Assembly (NCBI GenBank): GCA_030656575.1
Contig: JAUSPO010000039.1
Coordinates: 8,724-72,723 of the forward strand
Source: Bacillota bacterium
Lineage (GTDB): Bacteria > Bacillota > Dethiobacteria > DTU022 > UBA8154
Length of the DNA: 64,000 nt
Reading direction: 5' to 3'
The position numbers were made by a program, and so were the translations under genes. This document shows, one piece after another, positions 58,117 to 64,000 of the stretch (the first letter of the stretch is position 1; each line of letters starts with the position of its first letter). The notes beneath the pieces are model-generated. The model was not told where the DNA came from, did not search any database, and saw nothing but the letters and a program-made list of their open reading frames with translations.

Positions 58117-60876
58117 ATGCAGGAAGTTAAACTCGTTATTGATAATCTGGAAATCACTGTTCAGGAAGGGACAACTGTTTTGGAGGCTGCCCTGCAAAAC
58201 GGTATTTATATCCCACACCTTTGTCATCATCCTGATTTAAAACCGGCTGGAATTTGCCGCCTGTGTATGGTGGATGCAGACGGGCAGATGCTGGTTTCCT
58301 GCCGAGCTGCTGCTGCAGAGGGAATGGTCGTTAAAACAGGAACCCCGGCAGTGGAAAAAGTCCGCCGGTTAGCTGTGGAACTTCTTATTGCCGAACATGA
58401 TGCAGAATGTCTTACCTGTGGGAAAAACTTTAACTGCAAGCTGCAGGAAGTAACCCGCTTTGTGCAAATTGACAGAGAACGGCTCCAAGAACTGAAGGCT
58501 TCCGAGCGAAAGCCTGTGGATAATTCCCACCCGTTTATTACCAGGGACTATAATAAATGTGTGTTGTGCGGTATTTGTGTACGCACATGCGATGAAATCC
58601 AGGGTGCAGGTGCCATTGATTTTGCTTTAAGAGGTTATGCCACAAAAATAAGCACCTTTGGAGATAATCCATTGCGGGAGTCTGCATGTGAATCCTGTGG
58701 GGAATGTGTGGAACGCTGTCCTGTGGGAGCGCTATTACCTGTGGGTTTTCAACAGCCGTCCCGGGAGGTGGAAACTGTATGTCCATTCTGCGGTACTGGC
58801 TGCGGTCTTTTTTTGGGTGTCAGAGGAGATAAACTGGTCAGTGCCCGGGGGAATCCAAGACATACGACAAATAAAGGACGACTATGTGTTAAAGGACGTT
58901 TTGGCTGGAGCTTTGTTAATAGTCCGGAAAGGTTACAGGCTCCCCTGATTAAAAAAGACGGCCGTTTTGTGGAGGCGGGCTGGGATGAAGCACTTGATCT
59001 GGTTGCCGGCAAACTGTCGCAATACAGGGGGGAAGAGGCAGGTGTTTTTGCCAGCGCTAAAACCAGCAATGAAGAGATTTATATGGCTTCAAAGTTTGCC
59101 CGCGTGGTTTTGGGCACCAACAATATTGCCAATGTTGCTCACCTGTGTCATGCAAATACCGTCCGCGGGCTTCTTCCGGTTACCGGTAGTGCCGGTATGA
59201 CTGTTCCTGCCTGGCAGATCAGGGAATCTGCTTGCTTTTTTGTTGCCGGATGTAACCCTACTGAAGCACACCCCGTTATTGGATTGGAGATACGAAAGGC
59301 TGTCAGGGAAGGGGCCAGGTTAATTATTGCTAACCCTAAAGAAATTTCCCTATGCCGTTTACCCCATCTTCGCCTTCCTCTCAGGCCGGGAACTGATGCT
59401 GCCCTGATCATGGGAATGGCTAAGGTTATCCTCGACGAAGGACTATTGGATGAAAAATTTATCGCGGAGAGAACTATCAATTTTGAAGCTTTTAAAAAGT
59501 CCCTGGAGATCTTCAGCCTAAATGAGGCCGAAGAGGTTACAGGTGTATCAAAAGACCTGATCCGGGAGGCGGCACGGGTATATGCTTCCAGTAAACCGGC
59601 TCTTATTTTCTGGGCCATGGGCATTACACAGCATTCACACGGTCATAACAACGTATGGGCCCTGGCCCACCTGGCAATGATGACAGGGAATTACGGGAAG
59701 CCCGGCGCAGGTGTTGCTCCGCTGCGGGGACATAACAATGTGCAGGGGGCTACTGATATGGGTGCCACTCCCGCCTGGTATCCCGGTTATCAGCTTTGCC
59801 CCGGTTATGAGCTGTACCCGCGTTTTAATAAGTTTTCATCCAGCCAGGAGAAGTTTGAAAAGGCATGGGGTTACAAATTGCCGGATTCTCCCGGACTATC
59901 AACGGTAAAACAATTTAATGTTAAGGCAAAGGGTTGGGGTGGGGCCGCCATGCGGGATTTGCAGCAGAAAATTAAGGCCTGGTATATTATTGGGGCTGAT
60001 CTTGTTAACGGAGTGGCTGAATCGGGACATGTGAGGCGAAGCCTGGAAGAGGCTGAATTTGTTGTTGTTCAGGATATCTTTTTAACTGAAACAGCCAAAA
60101 TGGCGGATGTTGTACTGCCTGCTGCCTGTTTTGCCGAAAAAGACGGAACTTTTACTTCCACAGATCGCAGGGTGCAAAGAATTCACAAGGTCTTGGAGCC
60201 ACCCGGCAAAGCTAAAGCGGATTGGTGGATTACCTCTGAGATTGCCCGCCGGATGGAATACAGTGGGTTTGATTTTCAAAATCCGGGGCAAATTATGGAT
60301 GAAATAGCTTCGCTTGTTCCCATCTATGGTGGTATCAGTTATGAACGCCTGAAAGAAGAGGAACTTCGCTGGCCATGTATTGATAAAAACCATCCGGGGA
60401 CGCCTGTTTTGCATGTTGACCAGTTTATAAAGATTGAGAAGGCCGAATTCTGGCCCCTTGAATATATACCGTCTCCTGAACTGCCGGACGAGGACTTCCC
60501 GTTGATCATGACTACAGGTCGTACCCTTCCCCATTTTCATTATAATATGACCAGGAAAGTTGAAGGATTAAATAAGCTGTGCCCGGAAGACTTTGTGGAA
60601 ATTAATGAGATAGATGCGGCTGACCTTCATATTCAAAGCGGTGATAATATAAAGGTTATCTCCCGCCGTGGCAGTGTTGTGAGTAAAGCAATGGTCAGCA
60701 ACAGAATTATTCCCGGGGTTGTTTTTAAAACGATTCATTTTATTGAAAGCCCTACAAATATGCTGACTTCTTCGGAATTTATTGACCCGATGGGAACCAC
60801 TCCCAATACCAAGGTTTGCCCGGTCAGAATAGAAAAAGTTGCAATCAGGAAATTAGAAGGTTTGGGTGAAAAGTAA
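58117..60876 (+). CDS. fdhA: Formate dehydrogenase catalytic subunit (FdhA/FdsA-type molybdopterin/tungstopterin oxidoreductase), Cys-type
   Basis: N-terminal [2Fe-2S] + [4Fe-4S] clusters, then CPFCGTGC, then Mo/W-bisPGD domain. The active-site residue is Cys (VAHLCHANTV) where Sec-type enzymes have U. No in-frame TGA. Confidence 0.85.
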   Translation: MQEVKLVIDNLEITVQEGTTVLEAALQNGIYIPHLCHHPDLKPAGICRLCMVDADGQMLVSCRAAAAEGMVVKTGTPAVEKVRRLAVELLIAEHDAECLTCGKNFNCKLQEVTRFVQIDRERLQELKASERKPVDNSHPFITRDYNKCVLCGICVRTCDEIQGAGAIDFALRGYATKISTFGDNPLRESACESCGECVERCPVGALLPVGFQQPSREVETVCPFCGTGCGLFLGVRGDKLVSARGNPRHTTNKGRLCVKGRFGWSFVNSPERLQAPLIKKDGRFVEAGWDEALDLVAGKLSQYRGEEAGVFASAKTSNEEIYMASKFARVVLGTNNIANVAHLCHANTVRGLLPVTGSAGMTVPAWQIRESACFFVAGCNPTEAHPVIGLEIRKAVREGARLIIANPKEISLCRLPHLRLPLRPGTDAALIMGMAKVILDEGLLDEKFIAERTINFEAFKKSLEIFSLNEAEEVTGVSKDLIREAARVYASSKPALIFWAMGITQHSHGHNNVWALAHLAMMTGNYGKPGAGVAPLRGHNNVQGATDMGATPAWYPGYQLCPGYELYPRFNKFSSSQEKFEKAWGYKLPDSPGLSTVKQFNVKAKGWGGAAMRDLQQKIKAWYIIGADLVNGVAESGHVRRSLEEAEFVVVQDIFLTETAKMADVVLPAACFAEKDGTFTSTDRRVQRIHKVLEPPGKAKADWWITSEIARRMEYSGFDFQNPGQIMDEIASLVPIYGGISYERLKEEELRWPCIDKNHPGTPVLHVDQFIKIEKAEFWPLEYIPSPELPDEDFPLIMTTGRTLPHFHYNMTRKVEGLNKLCPEDFVEINEIDAADLHIQSGDNIKVISRRGSVVSKAMVSNRIIPGVVFKTIHFIESPTNMLTSSEFIDPMGTTPNTKVCPVRIEKVAIRKLEGLGEK

Positions 60877-60948
60877 TAAATATGTTATAGTATTAAGCAA
60901 GGATACAGGAAAAAAATAGCAAAGAATATAAAATAGGAGGCAGGATAA

Positions 60949-61977
60949 ATGGGCAGCGTTAAGGACTTAAAAATTTTAGAGGCACCCACAAAAGAACAAC
61001 ATGGAAGGGGCAGATTTGTTTTCTCCGACCGTTACTCTGTTTTTGACTGGGGAGAGATGCCAGACCGGATTGAACACAAGGGGGCGGCCATCGCTCTATT
61101 GGGGGCCTTTTTCTTCGAAAAGCTGGAGGAGATGGGAATTCCCACGCACTACCTTGGGCTGGTGGAAGATGACCGGGCAAATATAATATCCCATATCAAA
61201 AATCCTGTGGACTCCATGGAGGTAAAAATGCTTCAGGTCATCAAGCCGGAAGTGAAGGGCGACCGATATGATTACTCCAAATATGGTGGGGAAAAGGGAG
61301 GCTTTTTGATTCCTCTGGAAGTGATTTACAGGAACTCTCTGCCCCCAGGGTCCAGCGTCTTTAAGCGCCTGGAAGCCGGAGAGGCTAAACCAGAGGACCT
61401 GGGACTTCAGGAAATGCCTGTCCCGAACCAGAAGCTGGATTCACCCATGCTGGATGTTTCCACAAAATTAGAGGTTACGGACCGCTACATCACCTGGGAT
61501 GAGGCACGGGTTATATCCGGCTTAAGCCAGGAGGAAATCAGTGACCTGAAACAACTCGTTATTACAATAAACGAATTCATTACCCGGGAATTTTCCCAAA
61601 TAGGATTAATTAATGAAGATGGAAAAATAGAGGTGGGGTTTGACCACCAGCGCCGCCTGATGCTGGTGGATGTTTTGGGTACCCTGGATGAGTGCCGTTT
61701 CACTTATGAAGGAATTCCGGTTAGCAAGGAGATTCTGCGGATTTTCTACCGGAATACTCCGTGGCACCTTGCAACAGAAGAGGCCAAAGCCAAGGACAGG
61801 CAGCGCTGGAAGGAAATATGTCGGGAGGCCCCGGAACCGCTGCCCCCCAGGCTGAAGCAGTTGGTTTCTCAGATTTACTGTGCCTGTACCAATGAAATCA
61901 CCAAAAAAGAGTGGTTTAAGAATACGCCTCCCATTAAAGAGGTTATGGCAGAGATTAAAGGATATTTAAAGGATTAA
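60949..61977 (+). CDS. purC: SAICAR synthetase-family protein (PurC-like), long form
   Basis: SAICAR_synt-like N-terminal pattern (DRYSVFDWGEMPD), ATP-grasp-like. 342 aa, longer than typical bacterial PurC. Confidence 0.5.
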   Translation: MGSVKDLKILEAPTKEQHGRGRFVFSDRYSVFDWGEMPDRIEHKGAAIALLGAFFFEKLEEMGIPTHYLGLVEDDRANIISHIKNPVDSMEVKMLQVIKPEVKGDRYDYSKYGGEKGGFLIPLEVIYRNSLPPGSSVFKRLEAGEAKPEDLGLQEMPVPNQKLDSPMLDVSTKLEVTDRYITWDEARVISGLSQEEISDLKQLVITINEFITREFSQIGLINEDGKIEVGFDHQRRLMLVDVLGTLDECRFTYEGIPVSKEILRIFYRNTPWHLATEEAKAKDRQRWKEICREAPEPLPPRLKQLVSQIYCACTNEITKKEWFKNTPPIKEVMAEIKGYLKD

Positions 61978-62096
61978 AAGTAATGGTTAGACAATGATAT
62001 TAATAAGACAATCAAAAAAGGGGACTATCCCGCTTTGGGATGCCCCTTTTTGATGTTTAAGTAAGGATTCTCTTTTGCGATCCGTATGATGGCTCC

Positions 62097-63896
62097 CTAT
62101 CTTGCCTTCAATACAGCAGTAAAGGCTTCCTGGGGAATTTCCACTCTGCCTATCTGCTTCATCTTTTTTTTGCCTTCCTTCTGCTTCTCCAATAGCTTCC
62201 TTTTCCGGGTTATGTCGCCGCCGTAGAGTTTCTCTGTGACATTCTTGCGCAAAGCCTTGATCGTTTCCCGGGAAATAACCTTGTTTTCAATAGCCGCCTG
62301 TATGGGTACGTCAAACATTTGTCTGGGAATGATTTTTCTAAGTTTCTCCACCAATTCCTTGCCGCGCTGATAGGCCTTATCCCTGTGAATTATAAAAGAG
62401 AGAGCATCCACTTTTTCAGCGTTCACTAAGATGTCCACCAGAACAAGGTTGGACGCTGCAAAGCCGTGCAGAGTGTAATCAAGGGACGCATAGCCCCGTG
62501 TGCGGGACTTGAGAAGGTCAAAAAAATCATAAATAATTTCCGCCAGGGGAAGAAGGTAGGATAGTTTTACCCTCCCTGATTCCAGATACTCTATATTTTT
62601 GTAATCTCCTCTTTTTTCCTGGCAGAGTTCCATGACAGCCCCAACATAATCCCCGGGTAAAAAGATTGATGCTTCCACATAAGGCTCTTCAATTAATAAT
62701 CTTTCTTCTACCGGGGGTAACAGAGCCGGATTGTCCAGCTCCACCACATCCCCATTCCTTTTATGAACTTTATAGATTACACTGGGTGCCGAAGTAATCA
62801 GTTCTAAACCGTATTCTCTCTCAAGCCTTTCCCTTACAATATCCATATGCAATAACCCCAGAAATCCGCAGCGAAATCCAAGGCCTAAGGCCGTGGATTT
62901 TTCAGGTTCGTAGGTGAGTGATGAATCGTTAAGCTTTAGCCTCTCAATGGCCTCCCGCAGGGCCACAAAATCATTGTTGTCTTGTGGGAAAAGACCGCAG
63001 AAGACCATAGGTACTACCCGGCGATAACCGGGCAGGGCTTTTGCTGACGGGTTATCCGCTGAAGTGACCGTATCGCCTACCTGGGCATCCCCTACATTCC
63101 TTATGGAAGCGATCAGATATCCCACTTCCCCGGCAGTTAGGATATCAGTTGGCTCCATACCCGGCCGGAAGACACCTGTCTCCATCACTTCAAAAACCTT
63201 GCCGGTATTCATTAGTTTTATCTTTTCGCCCTTTTGAATACGGCCTTCCATAACTCGGATATAAGCGATCACACCACGGTAGGTATCATAATGGGAATCG
63301 AAAATCAAGGCCTTCAAGGGCGCATCGCTAGTACCCACTTCAGGTGGCGGCACCTTTTTAACGATGGCCTCCAGGACCTCTTCGATCCCAGTACCTTTTT
63401 TTGCCGAAACCAGGAGGGTATCTCTGGCGTCTATGCCGAGGATTTCTTCTAATTCTTTTTTTATTCTCTCCGGGTCAGCGTTCTCCATATCAATCTTGTT
63501 GATGACAGGGATAATTTCCAGATTCTGTTCCAGGGCCAGGTAGATATTGGCCAGAGTTTGAGCCTCAACTCCCTGAACAGCGTCAACGACCAGGATGGCG
63601 CCCTCACAGGCGGCCAGGCTTCTGGACACTTCATAGGTAAAGTCCACATGCCCCGGAGTGTCTATCAGGTTTAAAATATATTCCTCCCCGTCCCGGGCAT
63701 GGTATGCCAGCCGCACGGCCTGCAGCTTTATGGTAATACCCCGTTCCCTTTCCAGTTCCATCTGATCGAGGACCTGCTCTTTCATTTGCCTGCCGGAAAG
63801 GGTTCCTGTCAATTCCAAAAGACGATCAGCCAGAGTAGACTTTCCATGGTCAATATGTGCAATAATACAGAAATTCCTGATCTTTTCCGCTTTCAC
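62097..63896 (-). CDS. lepA: Elongation factor 4 (LepA)
   Basis: [35 protein letters not shown] GTPase motifs. 599 aa with LepA C-terminal domain. Confidence 0.95.
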   Translation of the reverse strand: MKAEKIRNFCIIAHIDHGKSTLADRLLELTGTLSGRQMKEQVLDQMELERERGITIKLQAVRLAYHARDGEEYILNLIDTPGHVDFTYEVSRSLAACEGAILVVDAVQGVEAQTLANIYLALEQNLEIIPVINKIDMENADPERIKKELEEILGIDARDTLLVSAKKGTGIEEVLEAIVKKVPPPEVGTSDAPLKALIFDSHYDTYRGVIAYIRVMEGRIQKGEKIKLMNTGKVFEVMETGVFRPGMEPTDILTAGEVGYLIASIRNVGDAQVGDTVTSADNPSAKALPGYRRVVPMVFCGLFPQDNNDFVALREAIERLKLNDSSLTYEPEKSTALGLGFRCGFLGLLHMDIVRERLEREYGLELITSAPSVIYKVHKRNGDVVELDNPALLPPVEERLLIEEPYVEASIFLPGDYVGAVMELCQEKRGDYKNIEYLESGRVKLSYLLPLAEIIYDFFDLLKSRTRGYASLDYTLHGFAASNLVLVDILVNAEKVDALSFIIHRDKAYQRGKELVEKLRKIIPRQMFDVPIQAAIENKVISRETIKALRKNVTEKLYGGDITRKRKLLEKQKEGKKKMKQIGRVEIPQEAFTAVLKAR

Positions 63897-64000
63897 CTTC
63901 TAAGCCTCCACATAATCGACTCAAAAATCTTTGTAAAATAAAATTATATCACCCGAAATGAATAATGGCAACAACGTTGAAACTCGCGAAACTCGCAGCG

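Noticed and set aside
58117-60876. Possible selenocysteine-containing formate dehydrogenase
   Set aside because: The ORF is continuous with no in-frame TGA, and the Sec-equivalent position reads Cys (AHLCHANTV).
1-64000. CRISPR arrays or cas genes
   Set aside because: No regularly spaced direct repeats with unique spacers are present. The repeats found are dispersed or short tandem arrays with different structure.

Overview
The window reads as a chromosomal segment of a spore-forming Firmicute (Clostridia, possibly Peptococcaceae-like), inferred from the spore-coat/germination genes gerA, cotH, cotF and prsA present. Overall GC is roughly 50%, with an AT-rich accessory patch at about 23.9-25.5 kb. 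Core genes are mfd (3' part), adenine deaminase, prsA, acs, prfC, lepA, a murE-like ligase and a purC-like gene. Three operons stand out. (1) A tungstate/molybdate module: a TunR-like regulator (ModE-type HTH fused to a TupA-like binding domain), then modABC/wtpABC with a ModE-type operator palindrome, then tupABC. A Cys-type NAD-dependent formate dehydrogenase (NuoE-like/NuoF-like/FdhA) lies 32 kb downstream. (2) A TPP-riboswitch-controlled thiamine salvage operon: SSS-family transporter, thiW, thiD, thiM, thiE, thiL. (3) A VTC-domain / DUF4956 / CotH triad. The most unusual content: a family of dispersed GGGGACG-containing repeats, one of which truncates a glnA gene. Two copies of a ~165-bp nested-palindrome element whose hairpin core is inverted between copies. 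A degenerate toxin-antitoxin-chaperone (TAC-like) module: higB fragment, HTH antitoxin with acidic tail, SecB-like chaperone. A protein with 42-bp tandem repeats. Many genes are disrupted: a nox with two in-frame stops, a PEP-utilizing enzyme frameshifted at a poly-C tract, gerA, integrase and receiver-domain fragments. A tRNA-Val sits beside an integrase remnant. No CRISPR array and no rRNA are present.
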